From positions 3,534,001 through 3,598,000 of the forward strand of contig NW_027271030.1 in the NCBI RefSeq assembly GCF_040938485.1: a DNA stretch of 64,000 bases. Direction: 5' to 3'. Below are positions 24,801 through 36,400 of this stretch, one piece after another; positions within the stretch are counted from its first letter, which is position 1; every line of letters starts with the position of its first letter. The position numbers and the translations under genes were made by a program. This stretch comes from Diadema antillarum (lineage: Eukaryota). The notes beneath the pieces are model-generated. The model saw only the letters and a list, made by a program, of their open reading frames with translations, made no database searches and was not told the origin of the DNA.

Positions 24801-27800
24801 GGACAAAATTTAAACAGTAAAATTATTTATTTATCTATTTATTTTTCACAATGCATGGACTAAAATCCTAAGAAATCACACCAAGGTGTACTTATAATTC
24901 AACATCTCTGAACATAAGAAAAATGGCAAAACCGTGGGTAAACCATAATATATCATAAATACTGGGTATATCGTTGATTGAGGGGTGAATAAGGAGGGAA
25001 ATTATGATTATTACCGTTAAAAATATATATGTTTGGTTTTTTTTTTTTGATAAAACGTTTGTCTTTACGTGTGTAAATAATAACTCATGATAATTTCAAT
25101 ATTGGAAAAAACTCAGTAAAAGGCATTCAAAGGAGAAAAGGGTTGCTTAGCTTGGTGTCGTAACATTTGATAAAAATGAAATAAGAATGTGGCCATCCTT
25201 TGTGATACTATTACACTGTGTTGCTCACAAGTAGTGGCGTGCAGAAACGCGTAGTCGATAGAAGTGTACAGTGTTTCTCTTTGTGTACCTATCAAATGGA
25301 CAGCAACGTTTATCAGAGTTATTCAATAAACTTATCATTACTAACTTCACACATAGTTTTATATAGAGGAAAAGAACAAAGGACTCATCTGCATATTGCA
25401 TGTGATGCGTATCATAGGAATACACATATATGCAAAATGAACGACAATAGACGAAAACGTATATAAAGACAAATGAAAAGTACTGATTCAACTTGATTGA
25501 ATTACAATGACATTTTTTTTTTTAATGTGGAAAGGGTATTACATTTAGGCCTACGAAAACCACAGAAGAAATTTGTGACTTTACCTCTTCATATTACAAT
25601 CATAGGTATTCGAATAATTGGAGCAACGGTCAATCCGACCAGGTAGACCAGGCGGAAGATGGCTCGTTTGGATGTTTGGTCATGAGAACTACTTTGGCAC
25701 CACGAACTGCTATTTTTGTTTTCAGATTCTTGGTCTTGCGGAGATTGTATGCGATGGATGCTAAACGGCCGCGTTCGCGTTTCATCCTCGGGGGGAGGTC
25801 GGTGCGGACCGTGATGCGGACCCGTGCTGGGGACTTCTCGGTGGCGTTCCTTGGGCGTCGCGGTTGCTCGAAAGCACGAAGCAAGTTGTCACGATCACTC
25901 ATCCTCGCAAAGCGGACTATGATGGGGTCCGGAGGTTCAGGGGCGTTGGTAGCGCCAATGGGGGTACTCTTGGTGGGGAGACGATGGATGTTAACCACCG
26001 GGATCTTCATCGCTTCCTCTGTTGAAATTTCCAGAAGGTGGGCGAACGCCTTCGCTGCTTCTTGATAAACATTCTCGTTTGGGTGGGATACAATGCCGTA
26101 GAAAAGCAAATTTTGTTTGCGGTGGTGAAGCTCTTGTTGAATAAGCTTGTCTTCAAATTCGGCCTTCATTTGATTTAGTTGCCGCTGAAGTTCCGGGATT
26201 TTCTCGGCCTCAACGGATTGGATCCTCGCAGACGTGTCGGCGACCGAACCTTCAAGGTCCTGCATAGTGGATTTCACTGTGGCAATATCGGTTTTTACGG
26301 CATTCAGATCAGAAATAACGTGGTCCAGTTTGTTATTAATTTCCGTCTTGAAATCCGCAAACATGTTTCGTAGTTCAGAAATGATAGCGTGACCAGTATC
26401 TGATGGAACGTTGGGGGCCTGCTCAGAATCGCCTCGGCGGCTGGTGGGGTGTGGTTGGTGGGGCATGCCGGGTCTACTCGCCGAAGGCCTGCCAATTGAC
26501 GAGGAAGCACTCACCGGTCTAGGTTGAGGGGGTGTGCTGACAGAAGTTCCGCGGGGATTTTTGTCCTTTTGCACGGTAGATTTACGGAAATTATAGGCAG
26601 AGCTTCCTTTAATTGGTCCAGTGTTCATATTTCTGTAGCTGCAATAAAGATTTAGGTAGCATTAAGGTATGCAGTTCATAGTAGCTGGGTGTTGAAGGAG
26701 CTAGCTGCGCCCCACGTCCGTCTCGTTAGCCGGCCATGCGTACATCAAGTAATTGAATATTACATAAGTAATTGAATCTAAGTTGTGTCACATATAGGGG
26801 GCGCTGTACATAAAAGACTCCCGACTCCCAATTGGAGGACAGAGGACAAGAGTTCTATCGCGTCCTTGGACAAGATGTTTTTACCCATGAAATGGGTACC
26901 TGGCAAAGCTAGGGTAATAATAATGGTAGGGCCCCCTGGGAGAGCAGTAGCAAAAATTATTGTTATTGTTATCATTATTATTATCATCATCATCATCATC
27001 ATCCCCATTATTATCACTATCATTATCATTATCATTATCTTTATCTTTAGAGACTCGTGGTTTACTTGCCTTATGAAAGTGTTAAACACAGCGGTAGACC
27101 GTTCATTACGAAAATTATATATGATCATAATGATCTCGGTATAATTTCTTCTTCTGTATCCTGTCTTTCTTTCCTGTCTTTTTTTTAACCAGATATCGGT
27201 TGGCTCCACAACATACTTTCCCTGCCGCCTTCGACGACACCTTTGCAGCAACGAAGTGGCTGCTTTCACACGCAGAAGAAGTCGGCGTTGATCCCGGCAG
27301 GGTAGCGCTCATGGGAGACAGTGCTGGAGGGCTCCTCACAGCGGCTGTGTCGGCAGCGATTGCAGACGATCCTTCGGTGCCCGACATCAAGCTTCAAGTC
27401 ATGCTCTACCCGTGGTTGCAGAGTCTGGACCTGAACACACCGTCGTACCAGAAGATGAGGCAAGCCAAGTTTGGCACGTTGATGGATGTCGTCAACCTCA
27501 TGCCGAACTTCATGAGCGCGGCAGTGCTGGGCAGCACGGACAAGTCCATTGTGGGACAAATATCCACCAATCAGCACACGTCAGGAGATTTCAAACGTTC
27601 GTTGCCGTATCGAACATTTCTTGACCACTCCATCATACCATCGCATATGAAGCCAGCCTGTTATCGACCACCGTCGCCGGACGACGACGACGAGGGGAAT
27701 GAGAAGACCTGGGAGAGCATGAAAGACGTGCTGACATCGTTGGAGTTTTCGCCGCTCTTACGTGAGGACATGACAAAGCTGCCGCGCACCTTCATAGCCA

Positions 27801-27991
27801 CATGTGGTTACGATGTTCTTCGGGATGATGGTATTTTCTACGCACACAGACTGAAGAAGGCAGGGGTGCCTGTCGAGTGGGTGAACTATGAAAATGGATA
27901 TCACGGCATACAGTGGGTCGGCGACAGCGCTTTTGTGATTGGACGACAGATGGCAAACGACTTCATAAAGTACACTAAAGAACATCTCTGA
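11248..27991 (+). CDS. AADAC/NCEH1-like carboxylesterase, copy 2 (4 coding exons, 418 aa)
   Basis: Exons 11248-11385, 14983-15238, 16340-16403, 27193-27991; GT-AG; phases 0/1/2; 1257 nt. N-terminal signal anchor MAVFMYIVIGLVMLCCYFLYKPVP, YLHGGG, S|YRLAPQH, GDSAGG, GYDVLRDDG, YENGYHG. Intron 3 is 10.8 kb. Confidence 0.92.
12136..13383. mobile_element. Helentron/DINE-1/pearl-like non-autonomous element with ~7 tandem 148-158-bp cores
   Basis: Terminal hairpin ATTACGC-GGT-GCGTAAT, subterminal inverted pair TGTCCCCGCC / GGCGGGGACA, tandem core array 12178-13260, (ACGG)n-type microsatellite 13277-13320, A-rich insertion site, no TSD. Confidence 0.8.
13466..14718 (+). mobile_element. 3' fragment of an L2-type LINE, interrupted by a CACTG MITE
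   Basis: ISSRLDFSNSL..KLERLQNSAARL..SPVLRSLHWL..RIVFKILLL before the MITE; YGDRAFSVMGPKLWNHLP..FKSKLKTYLF after it. Ends GCGCTATACAAG...(ATT)n. Confidence 0.85.
13715..14247. mobile_element. Non-autonomous CACTG...CAGTG TIR element (EnSpm/CMC-type MITE), 533 bp
   Basis: Termini CACTGCAAAAAGTCCGGTGTTA / TAACACCGATGTTTTTACAGTG, 2-bp TSD CG/CG, repeated AACACC subterminal motifs. Second copy at 46920. Confidence 0.88.
16001..16190. repeat. 67-bp minisatellite, ~2.8 copies
   Basis: CAAATAATGAAACATTTCGTTTTATAGCACTCCTCTTTCTTCCTGTGCAATGTCTTCCAAATATTCTTC repeated. Confidence 0.9.
17729..20860 (-). CDS. LINE ORF2: APE endonuclease + reverse transcriptase, CR1 group (Crack/Daphne/L2-like), uninterrupted 1043 aa
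   Basis: EN motifs LHLNIRS, GLSETWL, GGGVALY, IVYRPP, GDFNIDL, PTR..LIDNIF, TDHFPI. RT motifs YRPISLLS, FLDFSKAFDTI, GVPQGSILGPLLF, FADDT, KFLGV. About 770-bp 3' UTR, then AATAAA and a (TTGAA)n tail at 16956-16972. Confidence 0.95.
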   Translation of the reverse strand: MANFFNAPFYSVSNDDFFELFRNTRLDSDPVSGLTSTGTTPYDDFVTDTLNTGTNELPHDFSNDFTQNMLCNYITVNQYKDMIHNFSEDTFCLLHLNIRSLNKHFDDLKYLLESDESQSLSVIGLSETWLTSNAENSFAIDGYDLFVNNRPDKNGGGVALYISGSFETIVHQDISRMDETVESLFIEILIPGCKNLMLGIVYRPPNSNANDFLTYYSDLANSHVFRNKDCLLLGDFNIDLLKSEHDNISSDFLHTLLSSSFLPLISKPTRITDRSATLIDNIFCNILPLPDSFLIISDMTDHFPIMTYFTLKTSSNIKPPSFPLFSRRVSPEKLASFDVALENADWSGVFGSDDINISFHNFMEIFNHHLDDVIPKQKNRTDYKKTPRLPWISKSILRSINRKNRLYYKYKLEKTERSKNRYTSYKNTLTMILRSEKKRYYFKQFSRYRFDMKNTWKVLKQAMNVPSKNSDIDKIKMNDELINDSLHIANIFNSYFSEIGENYAQTIPATETHFTEFLGQRNSDSIFFTPTNRFEIIDIVSSFENKRSSGYDEIDNFILKGVISSIADPLVHIFNLSIFNGVFPDKMKLAKVIPIFKKGDKFVVSNYRPISLLSSLSKVLEKLIYKRMINFLKVHEVFTNSQFGFREKHSTSHALLYFVDRVVHAIDNHSHLVSIFLDFSKAFDTINHDILLYKLSHYGVRGKALEWFKSYLVDRKQFVTINNNDSVIREVKCGVPQGSILGPLLFIIYINDFCRVSDDLSFIHFADDTNVFFAHNDIDFLVHKINIELQKVTNWVRANKLSLNAQKTKYMIFSNTVDNLNTNIVLDDSHLQRVSNIKFLGVIVDDKLSWKSHVDNICNIISRNTGVINRLKFYIPQKVLLMLYSSLILPHLNYGVLVWGNTHQNLLERVSLLQKKALRVICHSPVRSHTNTLFASSKLLKIKDLFLYNLGQFMYNYCNNLLPSIFDSMFLKNQSFHEYPTRRSNEFHLPLLRTILAKNTLIYIGPNYWNSLNHDIKNAPSIYSFKRRLRSFLLQSYDSTVLN
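21540..24400. repeat. Old, diverged tandem array of ~500-bp units (about 5) with interspersed A runs
   Basis: Recurring AGAATTGAAAATAAA, GCAATGTAAC, CATG(T/C)TCTGTTCAC, AAAGAAACGAAACAG, GACACCTT, GTA(G/A)CGTCC, GCAAATAATC at roughly 480-550-bp spacing. Confidence 0.65.
25630..26628 (-). CDS. LINE ORF1 protein, L1/Transposase_22 type (disordered N-terminus, coiled coil, RRM, CTD), uninterrupted 332 aa
   Basis: Heptad region (ISELRNMF...EDKLIQQE), then RKQNLLFYGI, IHRL, PIIVRF, RTDLPP..KRER, the pattern of L1-type ORF1p. Short GC-rich 5' leader starting CATGGCCGG..GACGTG..GCTCC at ~26738. Confidence 0.8.
   Translation of the reverse strand: MNTGPIKGSSAYNFRKSTVQKDKNPRGTSVSTPPQPRPVSASSSIGRPSASRPGMPHQPHPTSRRGDSEQAPNVPSDTGHAIISELRNMFADFKTEINNKLDHVISDLNAVKTDIATVKSTMQDLEGSVADTSARIQSVEAEKIPELQRQLNQMKAEFEDKLIQQELHHRKQNLLFYGIVSHPNENVYQEAAKAFAHLLEISTEEAMKIPVVNIHRLPTKSTPIGATNAPEPPDPIIVRFARMSDRDNLLRAFEQPRRPRNATEKSPARVRITVRTDLPPRMKRERGRLASIAYNLRKTKNLKTKIAVRGAKVVLMTKHPNEPSSAWSTWSD
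26845..27045 (+). mobile_element. Degenerate SINE-like 3' fragment with (ATT/ATC)n tail; related 3' end inverted at ~51845-51960
   Basis: GTCCTTGGACAAG..AAATGGGTACCTGGC..ATGGTAGGGCCCCCTGGGAGAGCAG, matched by the reverse complement ATGGCAGGGCCATCTGGTAGAGAAG at ~51935-51959; both end in ATT-type tails. No tRNA head seen. Confidence 0.4.
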
Positions 27992-28644
27992 CTCAAAAAC
28001 GAAAAGAAAATGTCCGTGTTTACTGAAAAAAAATGTTGTAAGATATCTTACGTCCTTTTGAGTAGCCTTATGTCTTCCCATGCAGCCTTAACACAGGAAT
28101 GATAAACAAGATGCACAATCTTCATCTTTTGAACAAGGCAAATGTAGAAATAATGATGTAACAAATCTGAAATAATGTTTAGACGGTTATGCACGAGACT
28201 GTCGAAGCTATTGAACATGAAGGCGACTTGACAAGACTCGGAGATAGATTGAATTAATTGCCGTAGCTAGGAGATCACATTAATGAGATTTAGTGTCCCT
28301 AATGATAACGGAAATTAGGGTCCTGTGAGTCTATCATTTGACATGAGTTTTATTTCAACATCATATTATCTAAGAACTTGAGCATTTTGATCAACAGTTA
28401 AAAATTTTTATGCGAAAGCTTGAATATACAATATTCATGATATTATACAAAGTACATGTCCATCTTTATCTGATTCGTCAATAAGTTGCGCTATTGTAGA
28501 GACCATATATGAATTCATGTAGTCGCAAACAAGCCTGCAAACAAGAAAGGTTGAGTTACCATAGGGTTAAATTGATAGATGAGCAATTAATGAGTGTTTC
28601 GATAAGCTGAAAAGAACTCATAAAGTCAGACAGCACGACAGGGT

Positions 28645-28921
28645 GGCCCGAATTCACGAAGGTGGTACAAATGAAACCATGGTTTAAACCATGGACAAAA
28701 ACAATGGAGCACTAAGTGTCGCACGGAATATTTCGTCACGAAATTGGTCATTTCGTCGACAAAATGACCGTTTTCTTAACGAAATTATCATTTCGTGGAC
28801 GAAATGTTCATTTAGTTACAAAATGTCCTTTCGTTACAAAACAATCATTTCATCATGGTTTAACTTTTTGTCCATGGTTTAAACCACGGTTTCATTTGTA
28901 CCACCTTCGTGAATTCGGGCC
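28645..28921. mobile_element. MITE with ~57-bp near-perfect TIRs (possibly PIF/Harbinger-type), 277 bp
   Basis: GGCCCGAATTCACGAAGGTGGTACAAATGAAACCATGGTTTAAACCATGGACAAAAA and its reverse complement (one mismatch); TSD not evident. Confidence 0.8.
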
Positions 28922-30048
28922 CAAGGGTCACGTATTAATGAGCCATAGTACTACATTTTAGTATTAGTGAATAGGGGGATATGGAGGAAAGGAGGGAAGG
29001 AAAACGATGAAACAAGAGAAGGAAAGAGGGATGGGTCTAATATTAACACAAGTGATAATGATAAGGTAGTGTATGCAGTAACAACACGGACAGATAATGA
29101 CGTACTGCAGGGGGAGATTAACTTTAAATATTATTTTTAAATACACCCACATACACAGTACATTAAACATGTACGTTACTGTACAATAAAGTCAGACGTG
29201 ATAGTTCCGTATTTAGCTTCTTGCAGAAAAGCGCTGTAGAGTTGTCCCTATATGTTGTCCCTATGTCCATTTTCGTGTGAATCAGTGCGTGAAACTAACA
29301 AATATCCAATTTCAGCCAATGGTGTATGAATTTACGAGTTATACCCGGTCGTGTGGGTTAATTTGCATATCAACACGATCCGCTCTGTTCTAAAAATTTG
29401 GTGAGGACAAACCATAATATCAAGAAGCCTATCGTCAAAGGTATAATGCTAAGCCGCACGGATTCATTGCGATAACACGCAGGCCACTGCGACACCGTGT
29501 GGAGCCGGGAAATGTGCAAACACCGGGAAATGTGCAAACGCCGGGAATTGTGCAAACGTCTCGCCGGGAAATGTGCAAACGCCGGGAAATGTGCAAACGT
29601 CTTGCCAGGAAATGTGCAAACGCCGGGAAATGTGCAAACTTCTCGCCGGGAAATGTGCAAATTTCATCAACGGGAAATGTGCAAACATGACGCCGGTAAA
29701 TGTGCAAAAGTTCAATTTTGCCGGGAAATGTGCAAAACGTCGCCGGGAAATGTGCAAATCATTTACTTTAGTGATATTGTGTACAAAGATAGTAGATAAA
29801 CTCCATATCAAAACTGCCCATGAACTTCCACCATTTAGATTTTCTTAATGAAATCCTTGACAGATTTTCAACAAAATTGGCAGGTAGCACGATTATGGCG
29901 ATGGGATCTCAATTTGTTTATATAGTAGCCCCCCCCCCCCCCCCCGAAAAAGGGGAGGGGGGCTCAATTAAGTCCCAGAACTACGGTATTATCGAAATTC
30001 TTCTTGTATTATATAACCAAATAAGAATGAGCTAGGATGGTTCTTTAA

Positions 30049-30811
30049 CCCTAAAGGGGCCGGGATTTTTTGGCTATGCTGAGACCGGGAGGGGGGGGGG
30101 AATGGATTCCGCCCCCCCCCCCCCCCACCATGAGATCTCGGCCATTGGTGGTGCGATCGCGATGAAATTTGCATGCGTGAGACCCACGTCATAATCTACA
30201 AGATTGTGTCATAAGATTTTTTGAAACAATCAATTTCTAATTTTAATTAATTGATTATGCAAATTAAGCTCAAGATGATATTTTAGCCTAATTAAAAGCA
30301 TTGAGAGTCTAATTTTTGATCTGTAAGTCTGTTTTTGCATATTCAACAATTGTACATCACAAAAACTTCCAAAACTCATTTCAATTCTTATGTATTTCAT
30401 TGTTTTCAGAATTTCTTATGTATTTCCTTGTTTTTAAACTTTTGTTTTTTCTTTGTTTTTTCATTGGAAATTGTCACTGACCACTCTTCTACCATAACTA
30501 GCACAAAATTAATAAATGAAAGTGATTAATTGTAAAAATAATCAGGTTTTTATGACTTTCATAACAGAACATTGTTTTCCATAGGAAATGTACACAAAAT
30601 CACAAAATTGTGCCCGTTTTGGGGCGACATTCCGTTACAAAAATGGGCGTGGCTTCGCAAAAGTATGCGCGGACGTTGCAAATTTGGTCTCAAAAGTTGC
30701 GCGAGACTTGAACAAAGAAAGTCAAGAAGCCTCGCGACGAAGTCTTTTCGCGTTACAGATTTACAGCGCGAAACGTCGAGGGGGGGGGGGCGCCCCCCGG
30801 CCCTTTTAGGG
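30049..30811. mobile_element. piggyBac-type MITE, 763 bp, nested in the foldback element
   Basis: TTAA CCCTAAAGGGGCCGGG ... CCGGCCCTTTTAGGG TTAA (TTAA at 30045-30048 and 30812-30815). Confidence 0.85.
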
Positions 30812-31975
30812 TTAAAGATATTGATGACAGGAGTTCACGTTTAATGGCAGATCCAGGGATGCAGGGCACGGGGCCATAAGTGGGGAGGAGTCTTCAAATT
30901 GAAGCCTCAGAGTCCCTAAACTAGTGCTATGAAGACATTAATGTTTGATTATGACGGATCCAGGGGTGTCCGGATCGCGGGGGAGGGGGTGAGGGGAGGA
31001 GAGGGATTTTCTACATTGTCAGTATCTTCTTGAAAAGTCTAGGACAGATTTTCACGAAACTTGTCAGATAGCCTCATTACGGTGATATGATCTTAATGAA
31101 TTGAAATTAGCCCCCAATCCTCCCCCCACCCCCGGCCGAAAAGGGGGGGGGGGGGGGGGAGTTGAAGCCTCAGAGTCCCTAAACTCTGGATTTTTACAAA
31201 TCTTTTTCTGTCGAACAACAAAAAAAAAAAAAGATAGAGCTAAGTTAGTGCCTCGTATGACTGAAATTTCATGCTTGATTATGGCAGATCCAGGGGTGCC
31301 CTGATTTGGGGTGGGGGAGGGGAAGTGATGGAGAGGAGGGGGATTGTCCACATTTACTGCATTTTCTTGATAAATCCCAAGAAGGATTTTCACCAAACTT
31401 GGCAGATGGCAGATACCATCTTTACGGTCATATGGTCTTATAATATGGTAAAATGAGCTCCACCCCCTCCCACCGCCAAGGGGGGGGGGGGGGGGGGAAG
31501 CAGGAGTTGAAGTTTTAGGTCCCTAAATTCTGGAATCTGGAATCTTCTTCTGTTGAACCGAAGAATATGGAACTACGTTATATGAAGACACTACAGTTAC
31601 TAAAATTTCAGGTTTGATTATGACGGGTCCAGGAGTGCGCTGATAAGGGGTGTGTGGGGGATTTTCCACATTTTCTGCATAGTCTTGTAAAATATATGAC
31701 GGATTTTTACCAAACTTGGCAGATAGTATATTTATGGTGATTCGATCTTAATTTTTTAAATTTAATTCCCCTCCCCCCGCCCCCCCCCCCCCCCGCCGAC
31801 GAGGGGGGGGGGGGGGGGTTGAACCCTCAGAGTCCATATTCTCTTGATTTTTTTTTTACTTCTGTCGAACCGAAAAAGTTAGTGCTGTAAAGACATTAAT
31901 GACCGAAATCTCATGTTTGATTATGGCGGGTCTAGGCGTGCTCTGATCGGGGGTAGGTGAGGGTGAGGGTGAGGG

Positions 31976-32240
31976 GGTGCTGTTCGTTATTCCGAAGGTT
32001 CGCTGTTCCGAAGGTACGTTATTCCAAAGGGTCGTTAATCCGAAATACGCAAAGTCCCTATACCTAGAGGTTCGTTAATCCGAAAATGAAAAAGGGTGCG
32101 TTAATCCGAAAATTAGTGGCGTTATTCCGAAGACTGGTTGATCCGTAAATGAAATTCGGAAAAATGAACCTTCGGAATAACGAATCTTAGGAATAAAGAG
32201 CCTTCGGAATAACGAACCTTCGGAATAACGAGCTGTAACC
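31976..32240. mobile_element. Unclassified MITE with subterminal CGTTATTCCGAAGG arrays, 265 bp
   Basis: GGTGCTGTTCGTTATTCCGAAGGTTCG ... CGAACCTTCGGAATAACGAGCTGTAACC; flanked by AGGG/AGGG (possible 4-bp TSD). Confidence 0.75.
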
Positions 32241-32501
32241 AGGGGGAGGAGGGGGATTTTCAAAATTTTCTCCATCTTCTTGAAAAATCTATGACGAATT
32301 TTCACCAAACTTGCTCGTAGCATCTTTATGGTGATAGTACTGTAAATACAGTTAATGCATGATGTAAGCTCAAGTTTACAATGACAGATGAAGGGATGCC
32401 CAAAAAGGTGAGTGGGTAGGAAGGAGGCTTAATTTTTACATTTTTTGTCTTTTGCCTGAAAACTCAAGACGCATCCCTCGGATAATGAGATTATATATCA
32501 G

Positions 32502-32553
<52 letters not shown>

Positions 32554-33104
32554 CTATAAAAAATGATGGAGCTAATAGAGTGCCGGTGCCTGTTATGGGA
32601 AGTTAATTCATGAATATTAATGTTAAGTGCGGCGGAGGCGGATTTGTCACATTCAGCTTCTTCTTGAAACCCTTATATAATAGATATTTGCCAAGCTTGA
32701 AACGTAGCGTAGCGTATTTATCTGGTGATATGACCTCAATTTGTCTAAATGAGCACTGCCCCAACCCCTAAATGGGAGGAGATGGAGACCCCCCCCCCAC
32801 CACCTCATCTGCACCCCTTGAACTTGAAAGGGACCAACACGAGGGGGTGGGGTCGTTCGGGTGGAATTCAGAATTTTATTGAAAACCCTATACATATGAA
32901 AAAAAAACCGGAATACATACTTTTTAAAGAAATTTTCTATACAACCAAGAGTAATAGAACACAATCTTATCACATTTTTAGAAGGTAGATCTATACTTTG
33001 ATGAAATTTCACTTCTGCTTACTAAATGACGTGGGGGCTACCCTGGTCTTATCCCTAGCTTTGGGGAAGGGGAGCAACTTGGACTTGTTGCCCCTTCGAA
33101 CAAA

Positions 33105-33385
33105 GTGGGATTCTATTACCCTAGAGATGCTACCTCCCACGTTCGGTGGAAATCCGTCAAAGATTTCTCAAGAGGATGCAGAATATGTGAAAATCTCCCT
33201 CCTCCCCCTCAACCCCCCCCCCCCCCCGATAAAGACACCCCTCGATCCGCCACAATCAAACGTGAAATAAAATTTCAGCCATTAATGTCTTCATAGCACT
33301 AACTAAGCTCTCTTTTCCGGTTTGACAGAAGAAGATAAAAATTGAGTTTAGCGACGCCGAGGCTTCAATCCCCCCCCCCCCTTAA

Positions 33386-33423
<38 letters not shown>

Positions 33424-36400
33424 GGAGGGGGGCTCATTGTAACAAATTAAGTGCATATCACCGTAAAGAGGCAATCTGCCAATTTTGGTGAAAATCTGTC
33501 TTATATAGATTTTTCAAGAAGATGCTGAAAATGTGGAAAATTCCTCTCTTTGCCCTCACCCCCGCGATCTGGAGACCCCTTGATCCGCGCCATAACCAAA
33601 CATGAATTTTCATTCATTAATGCTGTGTCTTCATAGCACTAACTTAGCTCTATCTTTATCGGTTTGACAGAAGAAGATTAAATTCCAGAGTTTAGGGACG
33701 TTGAAGCTTCAACCCGCCGCAGTTCCCCCCCCCCCCCCCCTTCGGCGGTTGGGGAAGGCTCATTTGAACAAATTAAGATCATAATTATTACCATAATCTT
33801 GCTATCTGTCAAGTTTGTGGAAAATCCCTCATAGATATTTCAAGAAGATGCTATGTGGAATATCCCCCGCCACCCATCACCCTCCCCCCCCCCCTCCCCC
33901 CCGATCTGGGCACCCCTTGATCCGCCATAATCAAACATGAAATTCCATTCATTAATCACGTTAATGTCTTCATAGCACTAACTTTAGCTCTATCTTTTCC
34001 GGTTTGACAGAAGAAGATTAAAATAAAAAAATCCAGATTTTTGGGATGTTAAAAGTGAAGCTTTAATCCCCCCCCCCCCCCCCTTCGGCGATGGGGGGGG
34101 GGGGGTCGCATTTTAACAAATCAAGATTATATTACGTTAAATATGACTGTATTTCACAAGTTGGGTGAAAATCCGTCCTAGATTTTTCGAGAATGTGCTG
34201 AAAATGTGGAAAATCCCCCTCACCCCCCTCCCCCCCATCAGGGCACCCCTGGGTCCGCCAAAATCAAACATGAAATTTTAGTCATTAATGTCTTCATAGC
34301 ACTAACTTAGCCCTTTCTTTTTCGGTTCGACAGATGAAGAAAGAAAATCAAGCGTTTATACATGGTATAGGGACTCTGAGGCTTCAACTACAATACAAAT
34401 GTATTGTTCACAACGACATTTGTAGAATGGACATCACTGTTGAATCTCTTTTTGTAGAAATTTCTATCCCAGGATGTAGGAATGTGTTATTGGGTATAAT
34501 ATACAGACCTCCTAATTCGAATACTTTAGATTTTGTAATATACAGACCTGGTAAAAAACCCAGTTTTTAGAAATAAGGATTGCTTTCTACTTGGTGATTA
34601 TAATATTGATTTGCTGAAATCTGGAAATGATTGTATCTCAAGCGAGTTTCTTGAGACATTTTTGTCTTCATCCTTTTTGCCACTCATTACTAAACCGACT
34701 CGCGTCACGGATCACTCTGCTACTTTAATTGACAATCTGTTTTGCAATATCTTACCTCTTCCCGATTCTTTTATAATTCTCTCAGATGTGACCGACCATT
34801 TCCCAATCATGACTCATTTTACTTTGAAAACTTTGGCTAATGATGCTAAACCTTCGGCTCCTTTATGCAAACGTAGAGTCTCATGTGAAAAGTTAGCCAG
34901 TTTTGATGCCGCTCTTGATAATGCTGATTGGTCACGAGTTTATGAAAATGATGAAGTTAATCTGTCTTTTGATAATTTTATGGAAATATTTAATTCTCTT
35001 TTGGATGATATTATTCCAAAGCAAAAAAGTAAAAAGGATTATAAAAAGACGCCTAGGTTACCGTGGATTTCAAAATCAATTCTTCGTTCAATTAATAGAA
35101 AAAAATCGATTGTATTATAAATATAAAATGGAAAAAACTGAACGATCAAAGAACAAATATACATTATATAAAAACACATTAACTAGGATTTTACGTTTGG
35201 AAAAGAAAAGGTATTATTCTCAGCAGTTGTTGAAATTTAAGTTTGATATTAAAAATACTTGGAAAGTTTTAAAGCAGGCAATGAATATTCCGAACAAAAA
35301 AGCAGAAATAGATGAAATAAAGTGGGATGATGAAATAATTGATGACCCTGTTGATATTGCAAATGTTTTTAATTTTTATTTTTCAAAAATAGGTGAAACG
35401 CTTGCTCATGGTATTCCGGCTACAGAACAGAATTTTACTGAATTCTTAGGCCAGTGTAACCCCAACTCTATTTTTTTAACTCCAACAAACAGATATGAGA
35501 TTATCGATATTGTATCCTCTTTAAAAAAACAAACGTAGCTCCGGTTATGATGATATAGATAATTGTATCCTTAAGGGTGTTATATCATCAGTCGCACATC
35601 CCTTGGCTCACATTTTTAATCTGTCAATTTCTAATGGTATGTTTCCTGATAAACTGAAATTGGCTAAAGTAATTCCAATATTTAAAAAAGGTAATAATCT
35701 GGATGTCAGTAATTATCGTCCAATCTCTTTATTATCTTCATTATCGAAAGTTTTAGAAAAAATAATATACACCAGAATTATCAAATTTTTAAATGTGCAC
35801 AAAATATTCACAAATTCCCAGTTTGGTTTCCGAGAAAAACATAGTACCATCCATGCAGTTCTTCATTTTATTGATAAAGTCGTTAACGCAACTGACAATC
35901 ATTCCCATTTAATTAGTATATTCTTGGACTTCTCCAAGGCCTTCGATACAATTAATCACGACATTTTACTCCACAAGTTATCGCACTACTGAATACGTGG
36001 GAAGGCCTTGGAGTGGTTCAAGACTTATTTAGCTGACAGAAAACAGTTTGTTTCAATTAAAGATAATAATTCAGTTATAAGAGATGTAAAGTGTGGTGTT
36101 CCACAGGGAAGTCTTTTAGGGCCGCTGCTATTCATAATATATATCAATGATTTTTCCTCTGTTTCAGAGGTACTTTCCTTTATACACTATGCTGATGACA
36201 CCAGTGTTTTTCTTGCCCATAACGATATCGATGTTCTTGTTCAACAAGCTAATACAGAATTGAAAAAAGTGACCAACTGGGTCAGAGCTAACAAGTTGTC
36301 ATTGAATGTTAAAAAAACAAAATATATGCTTTTCAGCAATACTGTTGATTCTTTGAATTCAGAAATAGTTCTGGATGATTGTAATTTAGAAAGTGTGTCA

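Larger units (their letters stand above)
16956..26741 (-). mobile_element. Candidate single ~9.8-kb LINE (ORF1 - 4.8-kb spacer - ORF2 - tail), or two adjacent same-strand non-LTR insertions
   Basis: ORF1 and ORF2 are co-oriented. ACATAAGT (16948-16955) abuts the tail; ACATCAAGT (26742-26750) and ACATAAGT (26762-26769) follow the ORF1 leader. Unity is inferred, not proven. Confidence 0.5.
29830..32780 (+). repeat. Degenerate ~330-bp tandem satellite, forward arm of the foldback
   Basis: Recurring GAAGCCTCAGAGTCCCTAAA, GATTATGGCGGATCCAGGGG, GATTTTCACCAAACTTGGCAGATAG and C-run/G-run pairs; interrupted by two MITEs and a long A run. Confidence 0.8.

Noticed and set aside
29499-29760. Repeat-spacer array resembling CRISPR (also 39318-39543)
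   Set aside because: Repeats are 16 bp with 2-16-bp spacers that recur, the array is mirrored 10 kb away as a TIR, there are no cas genes, and the context is eukaryotic.
29370-29848. Multiple six-frame ORFs over the GGGAAATGTGCAAA arrays (also 39110-39646)
   Set aside because: Stop-free by-product of the tandem motif.
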